Origin: Octopus sinensis
Lineage: Eukaryota
Length of the DNA stretch: 64,000 nt
Direction: 5' to 3'
Assembly (NCBI RefSeq): GCF_006345805.1
Contig: NC_042998.1
Coordinates: 21,948,001-22,012,000 of the forward strand
Shown: positions 1 through 13,893 of the stretch, in pieces
How positions within the stretch are numbered: the first letter of the stretch is position 1
Layout of the letters: every line of letters begins with the position of its first letter
Position numbers and translations under genes: made by a program
The notes under the pieces: model-generated
Told to the model about the DNA's origin: nothing
Databases searched by the model: none
What the model saw: only the letters and a program-made list of their open reading frames with translations

Positions 1-384
1 GGCCTGGAAAGGAATGTCCTTGATCTTGGATTTGTTTGGCGAGCGGTGACCTACAGCTAAATGACAAAAGCAGCAGCAGCAATGACAACAACAAAACGAT
101 GTTTATTTGAAGGATAATTGGGACAGATAGCTCGGAGTATTGATCTGTGTGTGTGTGTGCATATGCACGTGTGTATAATGTGCATACACATGCATGCATA
201 GAAATACTCATGTATGTGCATGCATGCATGTATGTATGTATGCATGTTTGTTTGTGTATATGTTGATTTGTTGTTGTTGCTTAATCCCTGGTCAGCCTTC
301 CACTGAGCAGACCTATGATCAAATGATGATGATGATGATGACGATGATACACATATACAAATACATATTTGTCTGTCTGTCTAC

Positions 385-952
385 CTAACTACTTACCTAC
401 TACATACCTACGTACCTACCTACCTACGTACCTACCTACCTGCATACCTACATGCCTAACTACCTACCTTCCTACCTACCTACCTACCTACCTGCTTACT
501 TACCTACCTACCTACCTACCTAGCTACCTAGCTACCTACCTAGCTACCTACCTACCTACCTACCTACCTACCTAGCTACCTAGCTACCTACCTACCTACC
601 TACCTACCTGCCTACCTACCTACCTGCCTACCTACCCTCCTACCTGCCTACCTCCCTACCTGCCTGCCTGCCTACCTACCTACCTACCTGCCTGCTTGCC
701 TACCTACCTACCTGCCTGCCTGCCTACCTACCTACTTACCTACTACCTACCTATCTACCTACCTACCTACATACCTACCTACCTACCTACCTACCTACCT
801 GCCTACCTACCTACCTACCTACCTACCTACCTACCTGCCTACCTACCTACCTACCTACCTACCTACCTACCTGCCTGCCTGCCTACCTACCTACCTACCT
901 ACCTACCTACCTACCTACCTACCTACTTACCTACCTACTTACCTACCTACCC
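385..952. repeat. (CTAC)n/(CTGC)n tetranucleotide microsatellite
   Basis: Direct; explains the TYLP-repeat ORFs. Confidence 0.97.
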
Positions 953-1064
953 ACCCAAAAACCAGGAGCTGCACCTTGTTCCATTGACTGTTTTGGCCAG
1001 GTTTCTACAGATGGATGCCCTTCCTACTGCCAACTTGATTTGTGCTTTGACCGTAATATATGCT

Positions 1065-1378
1065 TTTTAAGCCTCATAATAATTCTATTGTTTTCATTTG
1101 TCCAACCACTAATTTACGGGGATGTAAACAAATCAACATTGGTTATCATGGTTATCAGTCAGTGGAGAGAGGCACAAACACAATGATAAACATGCACATC
1201 CACACACACACATTTCTAATTATCATTTGTTTCCACACAGCCACATCTACTAAGTTCACTCACATCAGCTCAGGGTTATAGTAGAAAACGAGTACCAAAG
1301 GTACTGTGCAATGGAACTGAACATGAAACCACAAGGCTGCACAGCAAGCTTCTTAACCACACAGCCATGTCAGTGCCA
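1065..1378 (-). mobile_element. Degenerate SINE family A copy
   Basis: Diverged matches to family A (TTACGGGGATGTAAAC, GTTATAGTAGAA, CTTAACCACACAGCC). Confidence 0.6.
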
Positions 1379-1649
1379 GAATATTTAAAAACAAATTAAT
1401 ATAACTCTTGACTAAACACACCGGTTTCTTTTCTTTTTGTGCTCATTATAATGTAAAGGAATTAACAAGCAATTAAATTCATAAGTAAATAAATGGAAGA
1501 ATATCAGATTCCAATGCTTTAACAAAGAGAACTTTTTTAAAAACCTGATTTGACCTTCTGTGGTTGAGTTTTATTCTGTGTCGTTTTGTAAGGAATTTTC
1601 TTCATTTTCTTCCAATTAGATTCTAAATTAAGCATGTAAATTATATTAA

Positions 1650-1738
1650 ATGTGTGTGTCTCTGTATACATGTATGTATGCATATGTACATGTATATGTA
1701 TGTATCTATATATGTGTGTATATGCATATATGTGTATA

Positions 1739-1781
<43 letters not shown>

Positions 1782-1912
1782 ATCTATCTATACATATATA
1801 TATATATATATCTATGTGTGTGTGTGTATGTATATATAAATATGTAGTGTGTGTGTATGTATCCCTATATATATATGTATGTATATGTGTGTGTTGTATA
1901 TATATGCGTATA

Positions 1913-1967
<55 letters not shown>

Positions 1968-2064
1968 TTATTTATTTATATATATATATTTATATGTATA
2001 TGTATATATGTATTTATATATGTATATGTATATATGTATTTATATATATATATATGTATTTATT

Positions 2065-2121
<57 letters not shown>

Positions 2122-2179
2122 CATATATATGTGTGTGTATATATGTGTGTGTATATATGTGTATATATACGTGTGTATA

Positions 2180-2241
<62 letters not shown>

Positions 2242-2242
2242 G
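1650..2242. repeat. Compound (TA)n/(TG)n/(TCTA)n microsatellite
   Basis: Direct. Confidence 0.95.
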
Positions 2243-2553
2243 AAAGAGAAGCAAAAAGGTCACACAAAAAATAATGCTGTAATGAATTGTTGACATAGAC
2301 AGAAGACTTTGAGACACAATGTTAGCAGCAGCTACTTCAAGGGATTCTCTTGAGGTTATAACCTTTTTGTCTTCTCAAGTGGAGAATCATTTAACCTTTA
2401 TTTTTGCCTCTTATTTCTCTTTTCTACATTTTTTTTTTCCCTATTTTCGCAATTGGCTTAAGAAATTTAAAAGAAAATAAAAAGTTGGGAAAGAGAAAAA
2501 AAGGAATATTCAGAAAAAGCAATTATTGTTATTGCTGCTGTTGTTGGTGTTGC

Positions 2554-2603
<50 letters not shown>

Positions 2604-2634
2604 TTCTTATTTTTATTATTGTTGTTGTTGTTGC

Positions 2635-2684
<50 letters not shown>

Positions 2685-4404
2685 GTTTAAGGAAATGTCA
2701 AAAGGAATATTTTATCTGCAGGATGGATTGTATTCTAACAGAAATTGAAAAGAATCTTTGACAGAGAGAGAGAGAGATTGAAAGAGAGAGAGAGAAAGAG
2801 AGAGAGCAAGCAGTTAATAAGATGGACTTATGGCATAAAATACCATAGCTGTAATATTACTGTTATCAAAAAAGAAATGATGCAAATACTAAGGGGAGAT
2901 AAGTAGAATAAATAATTAAGTAATTAATTAAATAAATACATAAAATAAGATACAAATTAAAAAAACTAGATAAGTGACTGAGTGTCAATCCCACTGCACG
3001 GCACCTTAAGCAAGTACTTTCTACCATGGCCCCTGTCTGTCCATCTATCTATGTCTGTCTGTCTTTCTGTCAATCCATCTATCTACATCTATCTATCTAT
3101 CTATCTATCTGTCTGTCTATTTGTCTTTCTGTCTGTCTATTTGTCTGTCTATCTGTCTATCCATCAATCCATCCATCCATCTATCTATCTGTTTATATAT
3201 GTGTACATACATCTAAACGCATGTGTGTGTGATCGTGTGTGCACATATCTTTGCATCTGTCTTTTGTCTCAACAGTTTTCATGTGCTGTGTAAAAACAAT
3301 GTAGTCATCCATATGATGGAGTCTTTGTCTACAAGCTGCCATAAAAACATGTCTCGCCATTCAGCTGTTTGTTGTTTGAAAGACTAAGTGAAATAGTACA
3401 GTATTCAGAAACAGGTGATGGTCAGTATCAGCTTCCAGATGTTGAAAGACTTCCTCAGTATGCTTCATCTGACCAATGCTAACATAGAAAAAAGAGCTGT
3501 TAAGACAATGATGATAATGATGAGCGTATCTTTAGTTTTAATAGCATTCCTCGGCGGAATTTGAACTCAGAACATAACGGCAGAGGAAATACCGCTAAGC
3601 ATTTCGCTCGGCATGTTAACATTTCTGCCAGCTCACCACCACTTCCTTTCAGTTTCTGTTTAACAAATCCACTCACAAGACTTTTGGTCAACCCGAGGCT
3701 ATGGTAGAAGGCACCTGTCCAAAGTACCACGCAGTGGGATTGAACCCATAACCACGGTGTTGGGAAACAAACTCCTTACCACACAGCCAAGCCTGGACCT
3801 GGAAATTTTTTTTGACAAGCAGCATTTACAAAACAGCTTCCAAAGCTGTGAACATTTGAACCCAGCAAAATTTGTGTATGCAAGTGTCATTGTTGCTTTT
3901 AGTTACCATTGTTTGCTTTTCCACTGTAGATTCTTAAATCAATATCGGCGCCATTTTCTTTCACAAAGTCAATATTTTTTCTTCATGTGTGTCTGTTTGC
4001 TTGGCATTGTTAACTTCCGTTTTACTTTCTTCGTTTTTACTTGTTTTGAATCCAAGTTAATATTTTTATGCAATTTTAGTTTTAGTCGTGGAGGCATATT
4101 TGTCCTCGTTGGCGCTACTACCATTGTGACGAGCACCTCTTTCTGTTACTGCAAGGCATGAAACCATTGTGAATTACAACTAAGCTAAAAAAAAGATGAA
4201 CAAAAAAATTGTTCAAAAACATCCTTTTTTCCCCCTAAACGAATGGGGAAGGAAAAAAAATTTTAAAACAAGACTTCTCGCTTCTCTTTTGTAATAAGTT
4301 CATGTGATTACGACACAAGCAGAAGACATCCCATTCACAAGGAAATCTGATATCTTTCTTCAACATTTGCAGCTTGCAAAAGGCATGTCTTCTAATCTTA
4401 AACA

Positions 4405-4414
4405 AAATAATAGT

Positions 4415-4452
<38 letters not shown>

Positions 4453-4716
4453 TGATAATAATAATACTAATAATACTACTACTAATAATAATAATAGTAA
4501 TAATAATGATGATGATAATAATAATAGTAATAGTAATAATGATGATGATTAATAATAATATTAATGATAATAATAATAAAAATATAATAGTAATAATGAT
4601 GATGATGATTAATATAATAATAATAATAATAGTAATAGTAATGATGATGATGATGATTAATAATAATAATAATGATGATGATGATAATAATACTACTACT
4701 AATAATAATAGTAATG

Positions 4717-4759
<43 letters not shown>

Positions 4760-4888
4760 TAATAATAGCAATAATAATGATGATGATGATTAATATAATA
4801 ACAATAATAATAGTAATAGTAATGATGATGATTAATAATAATAATAATAATAATAACAATAATAATAGTAGTGATGATGATGATGATG

Positions 4889-4919
<31 letters not shown>

Positions 4920-4985
4920 GTAATGATGATGATGATGATTAATATAATAATAATAATAATAATAATGATGATGATGATAACAATG
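4405..4985. repeat. (AAT)n/(GAT)n trinucleotide microsatellite
   Basis: Direct; explains the poly-I/N/D ORFs. Confidence 0.95.
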
Positions 4986-5444
4986 AATTCTAGCCGAAGA
5001 CGAACAGATAAAAGAAAGAATAAAAGCTGCTTACGGACACATAAGAAATTGCTAAAGATCAGCCAATTAATTCTATTTGCTGCTTCGATGATCCCTCTTT
5101 AGTTACGAATCTGCACACAGAGAAAGCTGAAGTGCTTTTGGAAGATGCGAAAGGAAAGGTTCTCAAAATAAACAAATAAACTCAATAATACGAAATAGCT
5201 GGGAGGTCTCTTTGAGTACATTTTGTGAAATCAGGAGGTACAAGGAAGTGGTTTAATTTATAGTTTGGGAGAAATCTAATTATATCAACACAGCTGTAAT
5301 AATGTGCTTGTGAGCGTTCCTTAAGAAATTGTTCAAGACTTGCCTTTCTAAACAAATTATTTACATTTTGCATGAGGGGGGGAAACTTTAGTGTCCCTTG
5401 CTGTTCCTATTGTTGTTATTATTGTTATTCTCTTCATTCTATGA

Positions 5445-5650
5445 AGAGATATAGCCTTAGTGGTTAGGGTGTTCAGCTGACACTTCTAAGGCTTTAGGTT
5501 CAATTCTTGTGTGAAACAGCATGCTATGTTCTTGAGCAAGACACTTCATTTCACACTGTTCCAGTTGGCTCAGTTGTAATGAGTATCAGCTGAGTGCTGG
5601 AGGAGCCCTCTCCCCTTCCAGCTGTCACACTCTGAGTATTCCATCGGATC
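5445..5650 (+). mobile_element. tRNA-headed SINE family E, degenerate
   Basis: TAGTGGTTAGG...GGTTCAATTC boxes plus TTCTTGAGCAAGACACTT domain shared with 47350, 48975 and 60970. Confidence 0.65.
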
Positions 5651-5790
5651 GGAAGGCTGAGGGTGGGGATGAAGGGGTGGTCAGGGGCTGTTTAAATTTG
5701 CTCATGGCTGGGGCTGTTTTAGTAGCATTATAGGCCCTAGGTTAAACCAATACCATTAGACTTTATGGTATTTATTTATGATATTTATAT

Positions 5791-6272
5791 AAGGCGGTGA
5801 GCTGGCAGAATGGTTAGCACGCTGGGCGAAATGCTTAGCGGTATTTCGTCTGCTGTTACGTTCTGAGTTCAAATTCCGCTGAGGTCAACTTTACCTTTCA
5901 TCCTTTCGGGGTCGATAAATAAAGTACCAGTTTTGCACTGGGGGGGGGGGGCGATGTAATCGACTTAATCCCTTTGTCTGTCCTTGTTTGTCCCCTCTAT
6001 GTTTAGCCCCTTGTGGGCAATAAAGAAATATATATAAGGTGGCGAGCTGGCAGAAACGTTAGCATGCTGGGCGAAATGCTTAGCGGTATTTCCTCTGCTG
6101 TTATGTTCTGAGTTCAAATTCCGCTGAGGTCGACTTTGCCTTTCATCCTTTCGGGGTCGATTAAATAAGCACCAGTTATGCACTGGGGTCGATGTAATCG
6201 ACTAAATCCGTTTGCCTGTCCTTGTTTGACACCTCTGTGTTTAGCCCCTTGTGGATAGTAAAGAAATAGGTA
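5791..6272 (+). mobile_element. Two tandem copies of tRNA-derived SINE family B
   Basis: AAGGCGGTGAGCTGGCAGAA head, GAGTTCAAATTCC B-box and CTTTCATCCTTTCGGGGTCGAT domain; starts at 5791 and 6036. Confidence 0.9.
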
Positions 6273-6429
6273 TTTATTTACTGGAAGCAACCCATGGGCA
6301 AATCAATGCATTGGGCTCTATAGCATTTATTTGAGAGCAATCCAAAACATGCAGAGATCAAAATTGGGTACCTTAGATCCTTTAGGCTCCCAGACAAAAT
6401 CAGTCTACTGGACCCTACAGTTTTTATTT

Positions 6430-6800
6430 ATTCTTTTATTGTTTCAGTCGTTTGACTGCAGCCATGTTGGAGCACCGCCTTTTGTTGAACAAATCAACCT
6501 CAGGACTTATTCTTTGTAAGCCTGGTATTTATTCTATCGGTCTCTTTTGCCAAACTGCTAAGTTACGGGAACACAAACACATTAATATCAGCTGTCAAGC
6601 AATGGTGGGGGACAAATACAGACACAAAGACACACAAACATATATATATATACAACAAGCTTCTTTCAGTTTCCGTCTACTAAATCCATTCACTGAGGCC
6701 ATAGTAGAAGACACTTGCCCAAGGTTCCACACAGTGGGACTGAACTTGGAACCATGTGGTTTGGAAGCAAGCATCTTACCACACAGCCATGCCTGCACCT
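6430..6800 (-). mobile_element. SINE family A (tRNA-like head, internal TA/CA microsatellite)
   Basis: Near-full match to intact copies such as 58051-58459. Confidence 0.9.
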
Positions 6801-8156
6801 ACTACAGCATATATAGATTAGAATTGGATCCGTAGGCCCAAGCGCCCCCAGGGTAAATCATCACAGTAGATCCTATTGTAGTTATTTATTGACAGCAACT
6901 CCCAGCATATAAAGATCAGCTTTGGGCTCCTGGGCCTATGAGGTCCCTGGGTAATTTCTTATCTTCCATTTTAAAAGGTTACAGAATTAAAACAGGTTAT
7001 AGGAACATAAACCTTCTTCCACGAAAAGATAGCTTAAACTGTGCTCTAAATGGAGGTGTAGTCAAATTTTTATGAACTCAACTATGTTCTAAAAGGTAAG
7101 CTAGTATAAATCGGCACGGACTTTCCGAACAACCCAATAGTATTATTTTAATTAATATCATTTAACCTTCTTGTCATTGTTGTTGTCATCATCTTCGTTC
7201 TCCTACCTCTTTCCTCCTTTTTCTTCGAAGGACAGCTCAGTTAAAAGAAGTACAAATATGGCTCATTGCAGAAATTTCTTGGAAAATAAGGAAACCATGA
7301 CAACCCACCCCCACCACCAAAACAAGCTACAAAAAGTAAAAAATAAACAAGACAACATTGCAAATAAATAAACAATCAAACATAAATAAGAAAAATTATC
7401 TAAAACAACTTTCCGAGATGCCTTCGAGCTTCATATTGTACGCCAGGCAATTGCCCCAGTTTCCAGCATATTTCTAATTTGCCCTACATAATGTAGAAAA
7501 AGATTATATCTTTTTTTTTATGTAGAGAAAGTGTTGAGCATTGATGATAACCAGGGGCTTTGTATACCATTCTGCTTACTTGTCACAATCTTCTGTATAA
7601 TCTTCACAACTGCTTTGTACTAATTAGGCTTCTAATTAAAGAAAAGCAAAATGAGACCAGAATAAAAAAGAAATGGATGAACAGAACTCATTTGTAAATT
7701 TTTCTTTGTAATTTGCTTTTGTTTTGTTTTTTTCTGTAGTTTGCTATTGATTAATATTTTCTACAAGACTTGCCATTATGTATCATTGTATCTCCCATAT
7801 AGCACCACAATGCTTTGGTGTACTTTAGATGTCAAATTATCGAAACTATTTCTTCTCTTCTTTCTTCCAACTCTGTAACATTAACCACAGAGTAGGGAAT
7901 GCTGTTACTGAATCACCAAAATTCTTTACATTGACAAATATTCCATATTCTATTATTCTTCTATTCGAAATACCATATTGGTTTCTTATGTATGCCAAAG
8001 GAGATATTCCATTGAATGTGGAAAGAAAGAGGTTTTTTTTTTCTCCCCCACCCCACTCACATATATGTTATTGATGTAGGTGAAATGAAATACAAAGTAG
8101 GCCAAAAGTCACGCACCAAAACATTTGACATTTTATTTTATTTTACATTATTATGA

Positions 8157-8443
8157 AAAGCAAAGTCGACCTTGGTGGAATTTGAACTCAGAACGTAGCG
8201 GCAGATGAAATACCTATTTCTTTACTACCCACAAGGGGCTAAACACAGAGGGGAGAAACAAGGACAGACAAAGTGATTAAGTCGATTATATCGACCCTAG
8301 TGTGTAACTGGTACTTAATTTATCGACCCCGAAAGGACGAAAGGCAAAGTCGACCTCGGTGGAATTTGAACTCAGAACGTAGCGGCAGACGAAATACTGC
8401 TAAGCATTTCGCCCAGCGTGCTGATTCTGCCAGCTCGACGCCA
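8157..8443 (-). mobile_element. SINE family B with head-to-tail partial second unit
   Basis: Family B sequence with AAGAAATAG/GTATTTC junction as in the 61.5-62.2 kb array. Confidence 0.85.
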
Positions 8444-8459
8444 AGTATACTCTCTTTCT

Positions 8460-8667
8460 ACCCTCTTTTACTTGTTTCAGTCATTTGACTGTGGCCATGC
8501 TGGAGCACTGCCTTTAGTTCAGCAAATCAACCCCAGGACTTATTCTTTGTAAGCCTAGTACTTATTCTATCAGTCTCTTTTACCGAACCGCTAAGTTACG
8601 GGGATGTAAACACACCGCCATCAGTTGTCAAGTGATATTGGGTGGGGGGACAGAAACAGACACACAA

Positions 8668-8718
<51 letters not shown>

Positions 8719-9116
8719 CACATTTTTTAATAATAACCTGTGCTAGCGTGGAAAACAGACGTTAAACGATGATGATGATATTATTAATAATATTAGGAAA
8801 TAAATATCGAAACTTCTCAGAAAGATATACACGTGTGAAAAATAATTGTTATATAAATAAAATAAATATAAATATGTATAAAAATATATGTAAATATGTA
8901 TAAGTATAAATATATAATGTATATGACAGTTTAAAAGTATGTATATATATATACGACAGGCTTCTTTCAGTTTCCATCTACCAAATCCACTCACAAGGCT
9001 TTGGTCGGCCCAAGGCTATAGTAGAAGACACTTGTCCAAGGTGCCATGCAGTGGGAATGAACCTGGAACCATGTGGTTGGTAAGCAAGCTACTTACCACA
9101 TAGCCACTCCTGCACC
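8460..9116 (-). mobile_element. SINE family A, interrupted in its microsatellite
   Basis: 3' half 8460-8700 and 5' half 8945-9116; an RTE-tail fragment lies between. Confidence 0.85.
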
Positions 9117-9308
9117 AATGTATGTGTATATTCATCGTTATTTTAGTTATTTTATTCAATTTTAGAAAAATTGAAGCATGTCTTTGGCACTCCCAGAGCA
9201 TATGGAACTTATTTTGCATATGGAACATGACTTTTGGCCCACCCTGTTTAATGGCTTCAGTTTAGAACATGTATAGGTGCAGGTGATCAAGAGCTCATTT
9301 TGTACACT

Positions 9309-9778
9309 TTGACCCATTCATTACTGTATTTATTTTGAGATGCTCTATGTTTTTTTCAATTAATTGTAAATATAACAAAGAATTTAGTAAAATAACTTAG
9401 TTATCATTAAGCTAGTGTTAGAAACCTAAATTGTGATTAAGGTTTGGTGGAACATTTTAATTCAGAACTTATGGAAACAAGACATTTGTACTACAGCCAG
9501 AGCTGCTTTCAGCTAGGTTGGTGCCAAAATGGTTGAATTAATCATTTGTTAGCCCTTTTGTTACCATATTTCTGTTGAGATGCTCTGTGTTTCTTTCAAT
9601 TAATTTCAAATATAACAAAGAATTTTGTAAAATAACTTAGTTATCATTAAGCTAGTGTCAGGAACATAAATTGTGACTAAGGCTTGGTGGAAGTTTTTAA
9701 TTCAAAACTTATGAAAGCAAGACATTTGGACTACTGAGCCAGAGCTGGTTTCAGCCAGGTTAGTACCAAAAGGGTTAA
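9309..9778 (+). mobile_element. Tandem pair of ~230 bp piggyBac-like MITEs
   Basis: Second unit TTAG-CCCTTTTG...CAAAAGGG-TTAA (CCCT/AGGG ends, TTAA-like target); further copies at 20968-21144 and 26407-26600. Confidence 0.75.
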
Positions 9779-9790
9779 ATTAATCATTTG

Positions 9791-10233
9791 TATATGACAA
9801 TCAGATTCAATTGTGGCTTTGATTTAGTCATCACCAACTTCAGTAGGTTCACTAGAATGTTGGTCATCTTTGAGTGAAAAATCTCCAGAACGGAATTTTT
9901 AAAACCATTTCTGACATGTGTGTTCTGTTAAGCAATCAACACCATAAACTTCACACATCTCTTTGTGAACCTCAGCAGCTTCCTTGCCTTTATGGAAATA
10001 ATAAAAAGCAAAATATGGCGAAAATGTTCATTTTTTGCAATCCATGTTAAAATTGACACTGAACTAAGAGCTGTAAACAAAATTACGCACAATTTGCTTC
10101 TAAAGTAAGCAAAAAAGTAACGGCTATCAAATGTCAAAAGGAAAAAAATCATAACAGGGACAAAAGTCATAAAATAAAAAAATTATAACTCTATCTGTTT
10201 GTACAAAACGAAATTACTTTCTTGCCAACCCAA
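9791..10233 (-). pseudogene. Mariner transposon 5' end with degenerate transposase N-terminus
   Basis: TIR TA-TTGGGTTGGCAAGAAAGTAATT; ATG at 10045; HFRHILL..YFHKGKEAAEVHKEMCEVYGVDCLTEHTCQKWF*KFRSGDFSLKDD matches the mariner HTH region; frameshifts and stops. Confidence 0.9.
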
Positions 10234-10242
10234 TATATATAT

Positions 10243-10477
10243 GGTGGCGAGCTGGCAGAAACTTTAGTGCGCCGGGTAAAATGCTTAGCGGTGTTTCGTC
10301 TGTTGTTACGTTCTGAGTTCAAATTCCGCCGAGGTCGACTTTGCCCTTCATCCTTTCGGGGTCGATTAAATAAGTACCAGTTACGCACTGGGGTCGATGT
10401 AATCGACTTAATTTCTTCCTTTGTCTGACCTTGTTTGTCTCCTCTATGTTTAACCCCTTGTGGATAGTAAAGAAATA
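10243..10477 (+). mobile_element. SINE family B
   Basis: Full-length match. Confidence 0.9.
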
Positions 10478-10737
10478 AACACACACACACACACACACCA
10501 CACACACACACAGATATACATATATACACACACGCACACATATACACACTTATACAGATATGTATTTACATATATATATATATATACATATTTATATATA
10601 CATGTTTATATACATATACACATACATACATATATATATATATACATAAATATATATATACATAAATATATATACATATATATATATACACATACATATA
10701 TATACATATATACATATATACATACATACATATATAT

Positions 10738-10768
<31 letters not shown>

Positions 10769-10802
10769 CACACAACACACACATATACAGATATGTATTT
10801 AC

Positions 10803-10873
<71 letters not shown>

Positions 10874-11377
10874 TACATTTCTACAGTGTCGTTCTACTTT
10901 GTTTGGTATTATTTTTTGGGGGGTTTTTGTTAACAAACTGTTATCATGCTAGGATTAAGCACTAAATTAAACATTAGCTTCTACATGACTTTTGCAGTAA
11001 TTTAGGTTGCGTAGTGAAACAATTATCAACAGAGAGTAATTTTATTAATTACTTTTCCCAGTGACTACACTAATTGCAGCATAAAAGAAATGCTAAGCAT
11101 TTATGAATGGTAAATATAGGTTTGAAATATCTGCTTTTCCTCTGTGTATATGTGTGTGTGGTGTGTGCATGGTGTGTGTGTGTGTGTGTGGATAGTGCAT
11201 GAACCATGTATCCATATATGGAAATATATGTGCGTGTGTGTGTGCAAATGGTTGTATCTTTGCCAATGTGTGTTGGTACATCTCTGTGTATACATGCATG
11301 TGCTTATATATAAATATATATGTGTGTGTGTGTTCATGTATATGTATATATATATATATGCATGTGTGTGTGTATGT

Positions 11378-13893
11378 CATCATCATCATCATCATCATCG
11401 TTTAGCGTCCGTTTTCCATGCTAGCATGGGTTGGACGGTTCTACTGGGGTCTGTGAAGCCAGAAGGCTTCATCAGGCCCAGTCAAATCTGGCAGTGTTTC
11501 TACGGCTGGATGCCCTTCCTAACGCCAACCACTCCGTGAGTGTAGTGGGTGCTTTTTACGTGCCACCCGCACTGGTGCCAGACAGAGCTGGCAAACGGCC
11601 ACGCAGATGGTGCTTTTATTGCCAACCGGCACGAGGGCCAGGCGTGGCTGGCAACGGACAGGCGAGGCTGGCAACGGACAGGCGAGGCTGGCAACGGACA
11701 CGAAACGGGGCGGTGCTTGCAACGGTCACGAATGGAAGGTTCTCTTACATGCCACCGGCACTGGTAACACATCTGCAATTTCCATTGATCGATTTCCATT
11801 CTGATCCTCACTTGCCTCAACGGGTCTTCACAAGTAGAGTTTCGACATGCCACCGGCACTGGTAACACATCTGCAATTTCCATGATCGATTTCGATTCTG
11901 ATCCTCACTTGCCTCAACAGGTCTTCACAAGTAGAGTTTTGTGTCCCAGAAGGGAAGGTATGCATACGTAGGCTGGCTCCATCCCAAGTAGAAGGCCACG
12001 GGTTATGAACTCACTTGTCCTGCCGGGTCTTCTCGCGCACAGCACACTTCCAGAGGACTCGGTCTCTAGTCATTTCCTCAGTGAGACCTAAAGTTCGAAG
12101 GTCGTGCTTCACCACCTCATCCCAGGTTTTCCTGGGTCTGCCTCTTCCACAGGTTCCCTCAACCGCTAGGGTGTGGCACTTTTTCACACATATCTTCATC
12201 CATTCTCGCCACATGACCATACCAGCGCAATCGTCTCTCTTGCACACCACAACTGATGCTTCTTAGGTCCAGCTTTTCTCTCAAGGTACTTACACTCTGT
12301 CGATTATGAACACACTGACATTACACATCCATCGGAGCATACTGGCTTCATTTCTTGCGAGCTTACGCATATCCTCAGCAGTCACGGCCCATGTTTCACA
12401 CTGCCATGTAGCATGGCTGTTCGTACACACGCATCATACAGTCTGCCTTTCACTCTGTGCGAGAGGCCTTTTGTCACCAGCAGGGGTAAGAGCTCTCTGA
12501 ACTTTGCCCAAGCTATTCTTACTCTAGCAGTTACACTTTCAGCACACCCGCCCCCGCTGCTGACTTGGTCACCTAGGTAACGGAAACTATCAACTATTTC
12601 TAGTTTTTCTCCCTGGAAAGTGACGGAAGTTGGTCTCAGAGCATTTTCAGCGTTTATTGTTCCTGAGCATCTGCCACATACAAAAACCATCTTCCTAGTT
12701 AGCCTTCCTTTGACATTGCTGCACCTCTTATGTGTCCATAGCTTACACTTGGTGCATCTTATAGAGTTTCTACCTACACCTTTTCTACAGATCGAGCAGG
12801 GCCATCTACCTGAAGGCGTTTGTGATTTGTCTACCTTCCTACTGATTACGACTTTGGTTTTAGCTAGATTGACTCTGAGGCCCTTTGATTCTAATCCTTG
12901 TTTCCACACCTGAAACTTCTCCTCCAGTTCTGATAGCGACTCAGCAATTAGAGCAAGGTCATCAGCATAGAGGAGCTCCCAAGGGCATCCTGACTTGAAT
13001 TCCTCCGTTATTGCCTGGAGGACTATGATAAATAGGAGGGGGCTGAGTACTGAGCCTTGGTGGACCCCTACCTCTACCCGGAATTCTTCACTGTACTCGT
13101 TTCCAACCCTCACCCTACTAGCAGCGTCCCTATACATGCCCGCACAGCTCTCACTAACCATTCATCTATCCCTAGTTTCCTCATTGCCCACCAGATAAGG
13201 GATCGGGGGACCCTGTCGAAGGCTTTCTCCATGTCAACAAAAGCCAGGTACAGGGGCTTATCTTTGGCTAGGTATTTCTCCTGCAGCTGCCTTACCAGGA
13301 ATATAGCATCAGCAGTACTTTTCCCTGGCACAAACCCAAACTGCATCTCATCTAAACTAACTCTCTCTCTAATTAGTTGGGCTATGACCCTCTCCGTAAC
13401 CTTCATCACCTGATCCAACAGCTTGATACCTCTGTAATTATTTGTATCTAGGGCGTCACCTTTACCTTTGTAGCAGTTGACTATTATGCTGCTACACCAG
13501 TCATTGGGTATGACTCCTTTGTGTATCACCCGATTAACTATATGGGTGACTAGGCTATAGCCGACACTACCAGACATTTTGAGCATCTCTGCAGTGATTC
13601 CTGATGGGCCTGGGGCTTTCCCTGTCTTCATGCTTCTAATTGCCTTAGCTACCACGGAACTATCAACTCGGATAGCTGGTCCCTCTGTTGGGTCAACATT
13701 CGGCAGACTCTCTTTATCCCATTCATTTTCTTTATTCAGCAAACTTTCATAGTGGCATCTCCAAGCCTCTCTCTTTACATCCTCATTTAGTGCAAGTGAG
13801 CCATCTTCCATGCGAACACACTTCTCTCCTACCATATCACGATTCTCTCTCACACACTGTCTTGCAACGTGAAACACCTCCAGTCTTTGGTCC
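11378..13893 (-). mobile_element. 5'-truncated RTE-clade LINE: frameshifted RT ORF, 3' UTR and (GAT)n tail
   Basis: ORF pieces 13110-13895, 12382-13161 and 12011-12250; NYRGIKLL, QFGF, AFVDMEKAFDRV, QGSVLSPLLF, YADD (12958-12969), GRGRPRKTW. Confidence 0.95.

Noticed and set aside
57-2317. TYLP-, IY- and CV-rich ORFs, including similar ones throughout the window
   Set aside because: Microsatellite translation artefacts.
4299-4382. Exon candidate HVITTQAEDIPFTRKSDIFLQHLQLAK
   Set aside because: It needs a GC donor, and an equally plausible frame exists on the opposite strand; too ambiguous.
5040-5373. Open frames on both strands (IAKDQPINSICCFDD...; KASLEQFLKERSQ...)
   Set aside because: Weak splice signals and no recognisable homology.
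7780-8010. 57-codon open frame on the - strand
   Set aside because: No clear splice sites or recognisable motif.
13057-13413. + strand ORFs overlapping the LINE (also 12620-12913 and 12995-13198)
   Set aside because: Antisense shadows of the RT coding sequence.
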